Below, piece after piece: positions 30,335 through 41,175 of a stretch of DNA of 64,000 nt. Each line of letters starts with the position of its first letter. Position 1 is the stretch's first letter. The translations under genes were made by a program, and so were the position numbers. The DNA comes from an uncultured bacterium (lineage in GTDB: Bacteria; Desulfobacterota_D; UBA1144; Nemesobacterales; UBA2774), in assembly GCA_963825135.1 (NCBI GenBank), contig CAWGRW010000009.1:2144001-2208000 (forward strand). The letters run 5' to 3'. Under the pieces are notes generated by a model that worked only from the letters and a program-made list of their open reading frames with translations, did not search any database and was not told the DNA's origin.

Positions 30335-31726
30335 ATGGATTACAATTTAATAATCTGCGTTATCTCGCTTATCGCCCTTTCGGCGCTGATAACGGTCACT
30401 GCAGGCGGCTGGTATAAAGAAGCGGTCGCCATGGGGGACGGCAGGCTGCGCGCCTGCTTCAGCGCGGGTTTCTTCTTCTCTCTGCTCTATTTTTTAATGT
30501 TTGTCGTGGAGCCGGTGCTGATACTCCTGTGGAGGGAGGGTTCCGGATACTATCTCATCCCCATGCCGGCGGAAACAATTTATTCCCTCCTTAGCAAGGC
30601 CATGCTCTACGGGCTGGCAGGCTATGCCAGTTTCGCTTTGGGCTACAGAGTGAAATTATTCCGCGGAATCGGACAAGCATTGCCCTACTTCAGCATAAAC
30701 AGGGCAAACAGATCTCTTCTGATTGCGGTGATAATCCTCTATTCGCTGATATCGGCATTCGGCCTGTACCTATACGGAATAGATACTCTTTTATACGTTC
30801 TCTCGCACCCCCAGACCAGGATTGAGACCCTGGCGGGCACAGGCTACCTGTTCTTTGCAGTTCAGTTCTATCTAACCGCCGTGCTATTGCTGTATGTCTA
30901 CCATCTCGACTCGCGCGAGCCGTCGAGAATATGGGGGCTTTTCCTGTGGATTCTCCCTCTGTCAGTTCTGACATTCGGCGGCAGGACGCACTTGATGGCG
31001 ATATGGCTGGCGATGCTGATAATATACGTTTTTAAGAAGCGCAGGCCTAATTTTGCGCGAATACTAACTTCCTCGCTCTTAATCATATCGACGACGGGAT
31101 TGTACTTTATCTACAGACAGTACATCACCTCGACTCAGGGCATCGGCAGCATCAGCGATATAGAAGACGCGCCGTTAACCTTTCTCTGGTCCATTCGCCA
31201 CACACTGATCCCTTTCGACAATCTTATGGCTTATCTCGACGTGTTTCAGAGTAGCCTGAACTATCAATATGGCTCGCCTTTTATAGATATATTGCATTAT
31301 GTAATTCCGGGCGACGTTTTTCATCTGACGCCTCTGGAGCCGGGCGTGGAACTTGCGCAGGTTCTCTACCCGGGGATACTCGAAGGCACGGGTACGCCTT
31401 ATACGATCGTAGGATTTCTGCATAACAACTTCTCTCTCCCGGGGATCATCGTCGGCATGTTTTTAGTCGGGGGGTTCTTAAGGGCATTGAACTCGTACCT
31501 GAGGTACAACATGGAGCAGAATAGCGTCATAATAATATACAGCATCGTGCTGGGCAGGCTAATCATACTCCTGTGGGGTGTATTCTATTCGGGAGTACTG
31601 GGCTATGCCCAATTCTTTTTGCAATGCCTCATAGCGTTCGCGCTTCTGAGCGGATTTAAGGTGAGGAAGAAAGTAGTCCGGGATTGCACCGTTTCTTCAG
31701 GTTACAAACTCAATGAATCGATCTAA
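30335..31726 (+). CDS. wzy: Wzy-type polysaccharide polymerase
   Basis: About 10 TM segments, GGR motif, position directly after wzx. Confidence 0.7.
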   Translation: MDYNLIICVISLIALSALITVTAGGWYKEAVAMGDGRLRACFSAGFFFSLLYFLMFVVEPVLILLWREGSGYYLIPMPAETIYSLLSKAMLYGLAGYASFALGYRVKLFRGIGQALPYFSINRANRSLLIAVIILYSLISAFGLYLYGIDTLLYVLSHPQTRIETLAGTGYLFFAVQFYLTAVLLLYVYHLDSREPSRIWGLFLWILPLSVLTFGGRTHLMAIWLAMLIIYVFKKRRPNFARILTSSLLIISTTGLYFIYRQYITSTQGIGSISDIEDAPLTFLWSIRHTLIPFDNLMAYLDVFQSSLNYQYGSPFIDILHYVIPGDVFHLTPLEPGVELAQVLYPGILEGTGTPYTIVGFLHNNFSLPGIIVGMFLVGGFLRALNSYLRYNMEQNSVIIIYSIVLGRLIILLWGVFYSGVLGYAQFFLQCLIAFALLSGFKVRKKVVRDCTVSSGYKLNESI

Positions 31727-32822
31727 AGGAATATCCGAATTGGAAAACCGCTTCGCCCGGGAGATCGGAAGCGCGGTCGCTCTGGAGATAAATCGGCGCT
31801 TCGGCACCCCCGGTTGCGCCAGTTTGATCGCGTTCGACAGGGATTACTGGTCGGTAATTCTCGTCTTTATGATAACGAGAGAGCACTCGGACGAGAACGC
31901 TTGCAAGATATACTGCAAAATACCGAAGGCCAATTGGAAGATATCGACCGTGGATGGAATACTGAGGGAGGATTACGAAGCCTCGAAGGAGATGGCAGAG
32001 GCGGAATTTCACAGCCTGAGTTGCCTGCACGCCGATTTCGAAGGCTGTCCGGACAGGTCGCTCAGAGTCATAAACCCTCTCGGCTATCTGCCCGAATACA
32101 ACGCTATCGTCACCGAGGGTGTAGAACGTTGCGCGGAAATCTTCGAGCTTCTCAGGCCCTGGGGAAACACAACCCGCATAAACGGCGAAACGCTTCGCTT
32201 TCTGAGAAAGATCGGGAAATGGCTCGGTTATTTACACGCGGCCGGCACGGAGAAGGATCCGAACGGATTCACGCGCCAGGCCTCTTTTTCCGACCAGATC
32301 AGCGAGATGCAAAATACCGCAGACGAGGCAGCGTGTATGGGGCTTGCAGGGAGACTTCCCGAATATATCGATAAACTATCGAGTAAAATCAGGCATAACC
32401 CGTCCGGGCGGCACACCCTTACGGTTGAGGGATTCGAGCTGAGGAATTTTATTACAGACGGCGGGGCTGTTTTCTTTCTGGATCCCGGACATATACGCAC
32501 CGGACCCGCTTACGAGGATTTGGCGAGATTTACCGCGTCGCTGTCCCTTCTCTATTGGGGGAAAATAAATTTTCTGAGAGACTATCGCAACGAGGAAGCA
32601 TTCATCAGCTCGTTCGTCGAATCCTACGAGGATGAATGCGGCAGGGTAGAGCGTGACGTCCTGAATATATATCTGGCAAAACAATTCATCAAGCTTTGGA
32701 TCGACGGCATTAAGGTGCTTCAATTCAAGAATTACGGGAAGCCGTTACAGAGAATCATTAATCGGTTTTACATGGAACGGTTTTTTTCCAGGCGGCTCGA
32801 TAAAATTTTATCAGTCGTATGA
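31713..32822 (+). CDS. kinase-like (APH/choline kinase fold) protein
   Basis: YCK, EAEF, WLGYLH, RNFI..FLDP, EDLARF kinase-like motifs with a degenerate catalytic loop. Confidence 0.55.
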   Translation: MNRSKGISELENRFAREIGSAVALEINRRFGTPGCASLIAFDRDYWSVILVFMITREHSDENACKIYCKIPKANWKISTVDGILREDYEASKEMAEAEFHSLSCLHADFEGCPDRSLRVINPLGYLPEYNAIVTEGVERCAEIFELLRPWGNTTRINGETLRFLRKIGKWLGYLHAAGTEKDPNGFTRQASFSDQISEMQNTADEAACMGLAGRLPEYIDKLSSKIRHNPSGRHTLTVEGFELRNFITDGGAVFFLDPGHIRTGPAYEDLARFTASLSLLYWGKINFLRDYRNEEAFISSFVESYEDECGRVERDVLNIYLAKQFIKLWIDGIKVLQFKNYGKPLQRIINRFYMERFFSRRLDKILSVV

Positions 32823-32846
32823 TCAGACTAATATATCCTCCCGGCC

Positions 32847-33575
32847 ATGGACGATAACATTAAAGAAAACATAGAGAGGTACCAGAAAGAGTCGTACGCC
32901 TTAAGGTATGAGGAGGAGTATAAAGGGGGGTACGGGTTTAAGAACATCAGGTCGCGTATAATCGCGAGCCGGGAGATAGCCGTGCTCAAATCGCTGCTCG
33001 GTGGTATCGGAATCGCGCCGGGGTCAACAATCCTGGACATGCCCTGCGGCACGGGAAAACTGGGGCCCGCACTGAGCGGCTACCCGATACGGATTTTGGC
33101 GGCCGACCTCTCACACCACATGATGAGGCTGGCGTCTTCCGAATATTCTTCCGGGAAGCTCCTGGGGTTCATGAGATTCGACGCTCGAAATGTCCCTCTT
33201 TACGCGCAGAGTATCGATCACATCATATGTCTCAGGCTTTTTCAGAGACTGCCGAAGGAGATAAGGATAAGCATATTGAGGGAATTCCGCAGGGTGGTTA
33301 GACGCTGTCTCGTCGTTTCCTACAGTTATTACTCGCCCTTTCAGAGTCTCCGTAATTCCGTCAGGAGAATCTACGACAGAGAGAAGCAGACCTTTTATCA
33401 CGAGAGTCTCGCGAACATCGAGTCCGAATTACTGGAGGCGGGCTTTATGCCCAGGCAGGTTAGACATGTGTTGTTCGGGGCGTCAAGCGAGATTGTAATA
33501 CTTGCGGAAGTCATAGAAGCCGGATTCGGACAAAAAGAATCCGGAAGAGCCGACAAATTGAAAATACGTGCTTAA
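32847..33575 (+). CDS. class I SAM-dependent methyltransferase
   Basis: ILDMPCGTG, AADLS, REFRRV. Confidence 0.88.
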   Translation: MDDNIKENIERYQKESYALRYEEEYKGGYGFKNIRSRIIASREIAVLKSLLGGIGIAPGSTILDMPCGTGKLGPALSGYPIRILAADLSHHMMRLASSEYSSGKLLGFMRFDARNVPLYAQSIDHIICLRLFQRLPKEIRISILREFRRVVRRCLVVSYSYYSPFQSLRNSVRRIYDREKQTFYHESLANIESELLEAGFMPRQVRHVLFGASSEIVILAEVIEAGFGQKESGRADKLKIRA

Positions 33576-34827
33576 AGAAGCGTATGCGAGCTCGTTTATC
33601 ACCGAACGAAAGCTGGCGGGAGGAACTGGAAACATGCATTCGAATCACAACGGCAACGGCAATTACACGAGGAAGGTACTCATGATAATAGACGAGGCGG
33701 CGGTACAGGTCGAAGATAAGACGTATTGCGGCGGCACTGAAACATTGTTCTGGTGCAGTCATTTTAAATCATTCGGCCGCACGGTTCTATCGATTCCGAG
33801 AAAACGGGAAGAAGACTACGATCCCGATTTCCCCCACGTGCTGAATATGCCGGAGAACACGACGATATCGCCGAGAAAGTTTTATAGCTACAAAATGGAC
33901 GCGCTGAAAAGCCCCGTTGTATTCCTGTATAATTACTTCACCCTGCTGAGGGACATACTGAGGACGGACGCGGTGATCTACCGGCTCCCCAACATCTATT
34001 TGCCGGTTTTGCTGCCGTTCCTGATGTTATTGCGTAAACGCAAAAAAGTCGTGCTGTTAGTCGTAAGCGATTTCCACGGCCGTACCTTCAAGAACAGCTG
34101 GCGCCCGCGGCAGATGCTGAAAAACCTGATAGCGCACGCGTACGATTTTTGTGAGAGAAAGGGCGCGCGGCATTTCAAAACTCTCACAACCGGCAGGTAC
34201 CTGGCGGATAAATATTCGGCTGAATTGTTCGACATCTCCCTGATACCCCTGCAAAAGATATGCCGTTCAACCAACGGGTTTAGAGACGACAAGATAAAGC
34301 TTCTGTACGTCGGCAAGCTGGACAAGGTTAAATCCGTCGACACGATACTATCGGCCATAAGCCGGCTTGATGAGCACTACAAGGAAAGGATCACATTAAG
34401 CATCGTAGGGGCGGGATACGAAGACGGGTATCTGAGAGAGTACGCGAAATTGATGGGGATCGATCACCTGGTGACGTTCGTAGGCCCCGTGCCTTTCGGT
34501 CCCGAACTGGAGCGATTTTATGAGGAGTCCCATATTTTTATATTGTCCTCCCTCTACGAGGGCACGCCCAAGGTGCTGTTTGAAGCCATGGCTTACCGGC
34601 TGGCGATCATCGCGACGAATGTCGGCGGAGTGCCCTCCGCCACGGAGAACGGCAAGTCCGCGTACCTCGTCCCTCCCGGGTCTCCGGAGAGCGTGAGAGA
34701 CGCTCTCGTAAAAGTTATATCAGACGACAAATTAAGGTCGGACCTGATCGAGAACGGCACAAGGATCGTCTCCGAAAACGCCATGGAAAAAAAGATAGCC
34801 TACATCGAGGAATTGTTGGCTGGCTAA
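33568..34827 (+). CDS. GT4 glycosyltransferase
   Basis: LLYVGKL..K, EGTPKVLFEAMA..IIATNVGG. Confidence 0.9.
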   Translation: MLKEAYASSFITERKLAGGTGNMHSNHNGNGNYTRKVLMIIDEAAVQVEDKTYCGGTETLFWCSHFKSFGRTVLSIPRKREEDYDPDFPHVLNMPENTTISPRKFYSYKMDALKSPVVFLYNYFTLLRDILRTDAVIYRLPNIYLPVLLPFLMLLRKRKKVVLLVVSDFHGRTFKNSWRPRQMLKNLIAHAYDFCERKGARHFKTLTTGRYLADKYSAELFDISLIPLQKICRSTNGFRDDKIKLLYVGKLDKVKSVDTILSAISRLDEHYKERITLSIVGAGYEDGYLREYAKLMGIDHLVTFVGPVPFGPELERFYEESHIFILSSLYEGTPKVLFEAMAYRLAIIATNVGGVPSATENGKSAYLVPPGSPESVRDALVKVISDDKLRSDLIENGTRIVSENAMEKKIAYIEELLAG

Positions 34828-34960
34828 ATCATATACGGGATCGGCGAAGAGGACGCGCCCCTTCCGGGCGGCGTGCAATTCTCGTCAATCCGTCCTTTCA
34901 GAAAAATTCCGCTCTTATACCCGGTAGCGCCCGCGGAGAGACAGCGAGCAAGGTAAAGAC

Positions 34961-36145
34961 ATGTCGTTCACAGAACAATATTCGGGAAAAAGAATACTCT
35001 TCATTACGGAGGACCCGGCAATCGACGTAGGGGGAGACATCTATTGCGATAACTCTGCAAACCATTTCTGGAGCGAGCTCCTGGGTCTGTTTGATAAAGC
35101 GTATTTCTCGATGCCTCTGAGAAAGCAAAAGACCTGCAACTGCATGTTTCCTCACAAGCTGAATGTCCGGGACAACACAACCATTTCATCGAGAAAGTTT
35201 TATCACTATAAGCTCGACGCGCTTAAGAATCCGTTTAACTTTCTGCGAAACGCATTTTCCTTAACCAGGGACGTACTTCGTGCGGATATCGTGTTTTATC
35301 GTCTGCCCAGCGTCTTCTTTCCCGTTCTGCTGCCTGTACTTTTTATATTCCAAAAGCGAAAAAAAATTGTTCTCTTCATAGCAGGGGATTTCCATGCCCG
35401 TAATTTCAAAAGCAGGCCCAAGTCAAATCAGATTTTCAAAAACCTTATCGTATCCGCCTATAATTATATCGAAATCAGTGGATCGTCTCATTTCAAGACC
35501 CTCGCCGCCGGAAAGCATCTCGCCGATAAATATTCCGCCGAGCAGTTCGACGTGAGCCTCATACCGTCGCACAAGCTCGAAACTTCCCGGATGGAGTCCA
35601 AAGACAGCAGGATTAGACTCCTGTACGCGGGGAGATTTGATAGCAACAAATCGGTCGATACTCTTCTGTCCGCCATCGGTTTACTCGACGCGCAGTACAG
35701 AGAGAAAATCATGCTCAGCCTAGTTGGGAGCGGTCCCGAGGAATCAAACCTGAGAAAGCTCGCCGGGTCACTCGGCATCGAACGTATCGTGTCCTTCAAG
35801 GGCAACGTCCCTTATGGACCGGAGCTCGAGCGATATTTCAGGGAATCCGATATGCTCGTGCTGCCTTCCCTTAGCGAAGGCTCCCCCAAAGTCCTGTTCG
35901 AAGCCATGGCTTATGAGCTCGCGATAATCGCGACGAATGTCGGCGGAATCCCTTCCGTCACCGAAAACGGCAAGTGCGCATATCTGGTGCCTCCGCGGTC
36001 GCCTGAGAGCATGCGAGACGCGATAGTGAAAGTAATTTCGGACGTCGCGTTAAGGACAGACTTGATCGAGAACGGCACGAGGATCGTTTCCCATAACACT
36101 ATGGAAAAAAAGCTGGCCTATCTCGAGCAATTGTTGAAGGGATAA
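34961..36145 (+). CDS. GT4 glycosyltransferase (paralog of the preceding gene)
   Basis: EGSPKVLFEAMA..IIATNVGG; strong similarity to 33568..34827. Confidence 0.9.
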   Translation: MSFTEQYSGKRILFITEDPAIDVGGDIYCDNSANHFWSELLGLFDKAYFSMPLRKQKTCNCMFPHKLNVRDNTTISSRKFYHYKLDALKNPFNFLRNAFSLTRDVLRADIVFYRLPSVFFPVLLPVLFIFQKRKKIVLFIAGDFHARNFKSRPKSNQIFKNLIVSAYNYIEISGSSHFKTLAAGKHLADKYSAEQFDVSLIPSHKLETSRMESKDSRIRLLYAGRFDSNKSVDTLLSAIGLLDAQYREKIMLSLVGSGPEESNLRKLAGSLGIERIVSFKGNVPYGPELERYFRESDMLVLPSLSEGSPKVLFEAMAYELAIIATNVGGIPSVTENGKCAYLVPPRSPESMRDAIVKVISDVALRTDLIENGTRIVSHNTMEKKLAYLEQLLKG

Positions 36146-36149
36146 AAAC

Positions 36150-38063
36150 ATGTGCGGAATATGCGGTCTTCTCGACCTGAACAGGGCAGTCGACGTGAAT
36201 TTGCTCGCGAAAATGGGGAACTCCATTCTCCACCGGGGTCCCGATGACGGTGGCTTTTTTACGGACTCCTCCTTGGGGCTCGGTCACAGGCGCCTCAGCA
36301 TAATCGACGTCGACGCGGGCCGTCAGCCTATGTTCAACGAAGACGGGACACTCGCCATAGTGTTCAACGGAGAGATATATAATTTTAAAGAACTGCGCGG
36401 GGATTTGCAGGCTTCGGGCCACGTTTTCAGGACCAGATCCGACACGGAAGTCATAGTCCACCTGTTTGAAGAGCACGGGTACAGATGCCTCGACCTGATC
36501 GAAGGTATGTTCGCTTTTGCTATTTGGGACTCTAAGAAAAAAGAGCTCTTTTTGGCGAGAGACAGGTTCGGTATAAAGCCCCTCGTCTATTACTATGACG
36601 GCAGGAGTTTTATATTCTCCTCGGAGATCAAATCGATACTCCGGGACGACAGAATCCCCAGGGAATTCGACTACGGCGCTTTCCGTGACTACCTGACCTT
36701 TAACTATATCCCGGCCCCGAGGACGATATACAAAAAGATTATGAAATTAGAGCCGGGTCACTTCTTAATCGTCAACGCCGGGGATGAGAATATTAAGCTC
36801 AAAAAACAACGATATTACGATGTGGCGGATATCGGCATTAACCGCAACGGCTCCTCCATACGGCTTGAAGAAGCAAAAGAAAAATTGAGATACGCCCTTG
36901 AGGAATCGGTCAGGAGTCATATGATAAGCGACGTGCCGATAGGCGCGTTCCTGAGCGGCGGCATCGATTCGAGCATAATAGTCGGGCTCATGTCCAGGTT
37001 CTCGGACAGGCCCGTCAAGACATTTTCTATCGGTTTCGACGGCCACGATCTTTTCGATGAAACCGCTTACGCGAGGCAGGTGTCGAGCCTAAACAATACC
37101 GAACATTATGAGATCAAGCTAAATCATACGGATATGCTGGGAATAATCCCAGAAGTGCTCGACAACCTGGACGAGCCATTTTCCGACTGGTCGATTTTCC
37201 CCACGTATCTGGTCTCGCGGGAGACGGGCAAATACGTAAAAGTGGCCCTGTCGGGAGACGGCGCGGACGAAGTGTTCGGCGGGTATCGAAAACACCTCGG
37301 GGAATATCTCGCAAAGTATTACATGATGGTCCCGAGACGGCTCAGACACGGTGCTATAGAGCCTCTTCTGAACCTGATGCCGGATTCCCATGACAGCTTG
37401 CCGCTCGAATATGTGAGGAGGGCGAAAAGATTTATATCCGGCATAAGCGACAACCAGGCGGAGCGGCATTTCAGGTGGATGCAAATATTCTCCGAGGATT
37501 CACAGAGGGAATTATTAAGCTCCTGCCCCGATCAGGACGGAGCCGGTCCGCTCGACGCTATCGCTAATCTCTGCGACAGGTATAAAGGGGACGACATCAA
37601 CAGGGTTCTATATGCCGACCTGATGTTTTGCCTCCCCTATGACATGCTGGCGAAGGTGGATTCGATGAGCATGCTGAACTCGCTTGAAGTAAGGGTTCCC
37701 TATCTGGACAGGAATCTCGTGGAACTGGCATTTTCAATGAACGGAAACCTGAAGCTAAACGGGCTCAAAAGAAAATATGTCCTTGTCGAGACCTTCAAGG
37801 ATATCCTTCCTCCCGGGCTCCATAAGAGATCCAAACAGGGTTTTGATGTCCCCATCGGCGATTGGTTCAAAAAGGATTTGCGGGACATGTTCCTTTCGGT
37901 AGTCAACGAGAAATCCATAAGAGAGAGCGGCCTTTTCAATTTTACTTCTATAAAGCGAATATACGATTCGCACTGCTCCGGCAGTAGGGATCACTCAAAA
38001 GAGCTCCTTAATATCTTTATATTCCAGTGGTGGTTCAACAAAAACCAACAGGCTCTAGGATGA
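36150..38063 (+). CDS. asnB: asparagine synthase-like glutamine amidotransferase
   Basis: MCGICG, HRGPD, FNGEIYN, LSGGIDSS, SGDGADE, SLEVRVP. Confidence 0.93.
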   Translation: MCGICGLLDLNRAVDVNLLAKMGNSILHRGPDDGGFFTDSSLGLGHRRLSIIDVDAGRQPMFNEDGTLAIVFNGEIYNFKELRGDLQASGHVFRTRSDTEVIVHLFEEHGYRCLDLIEGMFAFAIWDSKKKELFLARDRFGIKPLVYYYDGRSFIFSSEIKSILRDDRIPREFDYGAFRDYLTFNYIPAPRTIYKKIMKLEPGHFLIVNAGDENIKLKKQRYYDVADIGINRNGSSIRLEEAKEKLRYALEESVRSHMISDVPIGAFLSGGIDSSIIVGLMSRFSDRPVKTFSIGFDGHDLFDETAYARQVSSLNNTEHYEIKLNHTDMLGIIPEVLDNLDEPFSDWSIFPTYLVSRETGKYVKVALSGDGADEVFGGYRKHLGEYLAKYYMMVPRRLRHGAIEPLLNLMPDSHDSLPLEYVRRAKRFISGISDNQAERHFRWMQIFSEDSQRELLSSCPDQDGAGPLDAIANLCDRYKGDDINRVLYADLMFCLPYDMLAKVDSMSMLNSLEVRVPYLDRNLVELAFSMNGNLKLNGLKRKYVLVETFKDILPPGLHKRSKQGFDVPIGDWFKKDLRDMFLSVVNEKSIRESGLFNFTSIKRIYDSHCSGSRDHSKELLNIFIFQWWFNKNQQALG

Positions 38064-39229
38064 AATACAAAATGCCGATCAAGATGGCGTACGTAGGCGG
38101 GGAGGACCTCAGTTTGAGGCTCCCTATTATCAAGCTCCTGGGGGCTGCTGGATACGACGTATGCGGCGTTGGCCCGTCGGCTAAAGAAAAAGAGCTGTTT
38201 CGGAGGAACGACGTCCCCTACGAGACCTATCCCCTGAAGAGGTCATCAGGCGTCTTATCGGACATCCTGAGCTTCATGAGACTTTATCGGGTATTTAAGA
38301 AAAACAGCTACACGATTGTCCACGCCTTCGATACAAAGCCCGCCGTATTAGCGCGGCTTGCGGCAAGGCTTGCGGGGGTTCCGTTCATAGTCGGCACGAT
38401 TCCCGGCCTGGGATCGATCTTTTCAGAGGACAGCCGAACCAACAATATCCTCGCCATACTCTACAGAGCGGGACAAAAAGCCGCTTCCGGAGTTTCCGAC
38501 ATTACCATATTTCAAAATCCGGACGACATGGAATTCTTCACTGCGAACAAACTGGTCTGTTCATCCAAGGCGGCTCTGATAAGAGGATCCGGTGTGGACG
38601 TAAACGCTTTGTCTCCGGAAGTAATCCGGGATACGGACATAAAGCGATTAGAAGCCGAACTGGGCTCACGCCCGAATGAAATAAAGGTGTTTTTAATCAG
38701 CAGGCTGCTTAAATACAAAGGGATTCAGGAATATCTCGAGGCCTCCAGGATCGTAAGAGAGAGGCACGATCATGTCGCTTTTTATCTCGCGGGCCCCGAG
38801 GACAGATCGATGTATTCATTCCCGATCGAGAAATTAAATGAATACAAAGATACGGTCAGGTATATCGGTCCGAGAAACGATATCCCGAATATTCTCGGCC
38901 TGGCCGATATCGTGGTACTGCCGTCTTGTTACAGGGAGGGTATTCCCCGTATCTTACTCGAAGCCGCATGTTTCGAGAAACCCATTATTACGACGGACGT
39001 CCCGGGCTGCAGGGAAGTAGTGGAAGATGGAATTAACGGCTACCTGGTTCCTCCTAAAAATCCTTATTCATTGGCGGATGCGCTCGACAAACTCATCTCC
39101 TGCGAAGGGAGAAGAAAGAGCATGGGGCAAAAGAGCAGAGAAAAAGTCACAAGTGAATTCTCTCTGGATCTCGTCTTTAAAGAAAGCCTGAGATTGTACC
39201 AAAATCTTTTGAACCATCCGAACGGCTAA
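38060..39229 (+). CDS. GT4 glycosyltransferase
   Basis: IFQNPDD, GSGVD, REGIPRILLEAA..TTDVPGCRE. Confidence 0.92.
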   Translation: MKYKMPIKMAYVGGEDLSLRLPIIKLLGAAGYDVCGVGPSAKEKELFRRNDVPYETYPLKRSSGVLSDILSFMRLYRVFKKNSYTIVHAFDTKPAVLARLAARLAGVPFIVGTIPGLGSIFSEDSRTNNILAILYRAGQKAASGVSDITIFQNPDDMEFFTANKLVCSSKAALIRGSGVDVNALSPEVIRDTDIKRLEAELGSRPNEIKVFLISRLLKYKGIQEYLEASRIVRERHDHVAFYLAGPEDRSMYSFPIEKLNEYKDTVRYIGPRNDIPNILGLADIVVLPSCYREGIPRILLEAACFEKPIITTDVPGCREVVEDGINGYLVPPKNPYSLADALDKLISCEGRRKSMGQKSREKVTSEFSLDLVFKESLRLYQNLLNHPNG

Positions 39230-39266
39230 CGGCTGTTTACCCGTTATCGAGATAGGCGGGACGGAC

Positions 39267-39962
39267 ATGATAAACGAGACGGCGAGAATAAAAGAAGCGT
39301 ACGCGAGCAGGAATCATCTCAAGGACAGAAGGACGTATTCCTATTTCAGCCCCTCCGCGCTTTTCAATCACCAGCAGCGGGAAAGAGCTACTGTTGCGGC
39401 TCTCAAGGGAAGCGGGTTCGACAACTTATCCGATAAGCTGATCATGGAGGTGGGGTGCGGCGTCGGTCGGGTACTCAGGGACTTTGTCAACTACGGGGCG
39501 AATCCGGAGAACTGCTACGGGATCGATCTTATATCGGACAGGATCACGGAAGCAAACAGGACTTCCCCAAACATGCATTTCACTTGCGGCAACGCCGAAC
39601 AAATAACGTACGAGAACGATCTCTTCGACATAGTGCTTTCCTTTACGGTATTCACCTCGATCCTGGACAAAACGATGAAGCGGAATATCGCGCGTGAAAT
39701 GATAAGGGTACTGAGCCCCGGCGGGATCATCGTCTGGTATGACTACCATATGGATAATCCATACAACTCGAACGTCAGAGGAGTAAAGAAAAAAGAGATT
39801 CATGAGCTTTTCCCGGATTGCGATATCAAGCTCGCTCGCGTAACCCTTGCTCCCCCGATTGTCAGGGTGTTGGCTCCCTGCTCATTATTGCTCTGCTATC
39901 TACTCGAAAGTATCAAGATACTGAACACCCACTACCTGGGAGTCTTCAGGAAAAAAGATTAA
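39267..39962 (+). CDS. class I SAM-dependent methyltransferase
   Basis: MEVGCGVG, FDIV..FTVFTSI, RVLSPGG. Confidence 0.88.
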   Translation: MINETARIKEAYASRNHLKDRRTYSYFSPSALFNHQQRERATVAALKGSGFDNLSDKLIMEVGCGVGRVLRDFVNYGANPENCYGIDLISDRITEANRTSPNMHFTCGNAEQITYENDLFDIVLSFTVFTSILDKTMKRNIAREMIRVLSPGGIIVWYDYHMDNPYNSNVRGVKKKEIHELFPDCDIKLARVTLAPPIVRVLAPCSLLLCYLLESIKILNTHYLGVFRKKD

Positions 39963-40023
39963 GCGCGCTGTTCAACATTCCCCGAATAAAATCAGCATCT
40001 CATCCACACCGTGCGAGGTAATC

Positions 40024-41175
40024 ATGGAAATACCCTTTCACAAGCCTTATATAACTGACGACGAGGTCGAGCAGGTCCTGGACACCGTCCGCTCGGGCTG
40101 GCTCACAATGGGTCCCAAGACGTTCCTCTTCGAGAGGGAGTTCTCGCAGTACACGGGCGCCCGGCACTCGGTCGCGGTAAGCTCGGGCACGGCGGCGCTG
40201 CACCTCGCGCTCCGGGCTATCGGTCTCGGACCCGGGGACGAGGTGATTGTGCCGACCATGACGTTCACGGCGACTGCCGAAGTGGTCTGCTATTTCGGCG
40301 CCCTGCCCGTCCTTGTAGATGTCGAGAGCGACACGGGCAACATGGACGTATCCGCATTACAAAGAGCGATCACACCGCGCACGCGCGCGGTCATACCTGT
40401 GCATTACGGAGGTCAGCCCTGCGATATGGACCCTATCATGGACATCGCGAGGCAGAACGACATTTATGTGATCGAGGACGCCGCTCACTGCCCCCCCGCC
40501 ATGTACAAGGGGAATCCCGTGGGGACTATCGGCGACATGACATGCTTCAGCTTTTACGCGACGAAGCCGCTCGCGGCGGGGGAGGGCGGCATGGTCACGA
40601 CCGGGAACGACGACTGGGCGGAAAAAATACGGATACTGAGACTTCACGGCATATCCAGGGACGCCTGGAAAAGATACTCGACCGGCGGCTCCTGGTATTA
40701 CGAGGTTACGGAGGCCGGATATAAATACAACTTGACCGACATACAGGCGGCGCTCGGCATATCCCAGCTGAGGAAGCTCGACGCGATGCGGGAGATGAGG
40801 AAGCGGATCGCCGAGAGATACACGGAGGGATTTTCGGGACGCGGGGAATTCGTTCCCCTGTCCGTACGCCCGGATAGGTCGTCTTCATATCACCTCTACG
40901 TGCTCGGAATAAATCCCGGGGCCCACGACATCGACAGGGCCGGGTTTATCCAGGAGCTGGGCAAAAGGGGCATAGGCACGAGCGTGCATTTCATCCCGCT
41001 CCACAGACACCCTTTCTACAGGGACAGCTTCGGATACGATCCGAAGGATTTCCCCGGAGCGGAGCGGCTCTACGAGCGGATAATATCGCTCCCCATATAC
41101 CCGGGGTTGAGCGAGAAGGAAACAGAGTACGTAATAGAGAACGTAAAAGATGTCTCGTCAAAACACAGCATATAA
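40024..41175 (+). CDS. DegT/DnrJ/EryC1/StrS sugar aminotransferase
   Basis: SSGTAALHLAL, IEDAAH, FSFYATK, GEGG. Confidence 0.93.
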   Translation: MEIPFHKPYITDDEVEQVLDTVRSGWLTMGPKTFLFEREFSQYTGARHSVAVSSGTAALHLALRAIGLGPGDEVIVPTMTFTATAEVVCYFGALPVLVDVESDTGNMDVSALQRAITPRTRAVIPVHYGGQPCDMDPIMDIARQNDIYVIEDAAHCPPAMYKGNPVGTIGDMTCFSFYATKPLAAGEGGMVTTGNDDWAEKIRILRLHGISRDAWKRYSTGGSWYYEVTEAGYKYNLTDIQAALGISQLRKLDAMREMRKRIAERYTEGFSGRGEFVPLSVRPDRSSSYHLYVLGINPGAHDIDRAGFIQELGKRGIGTSVHFIPLHRHPFYRDSFGYDPKDFPGAERLYERIISLPIYPGLSEKETEYVIENVKDVSSKHSI

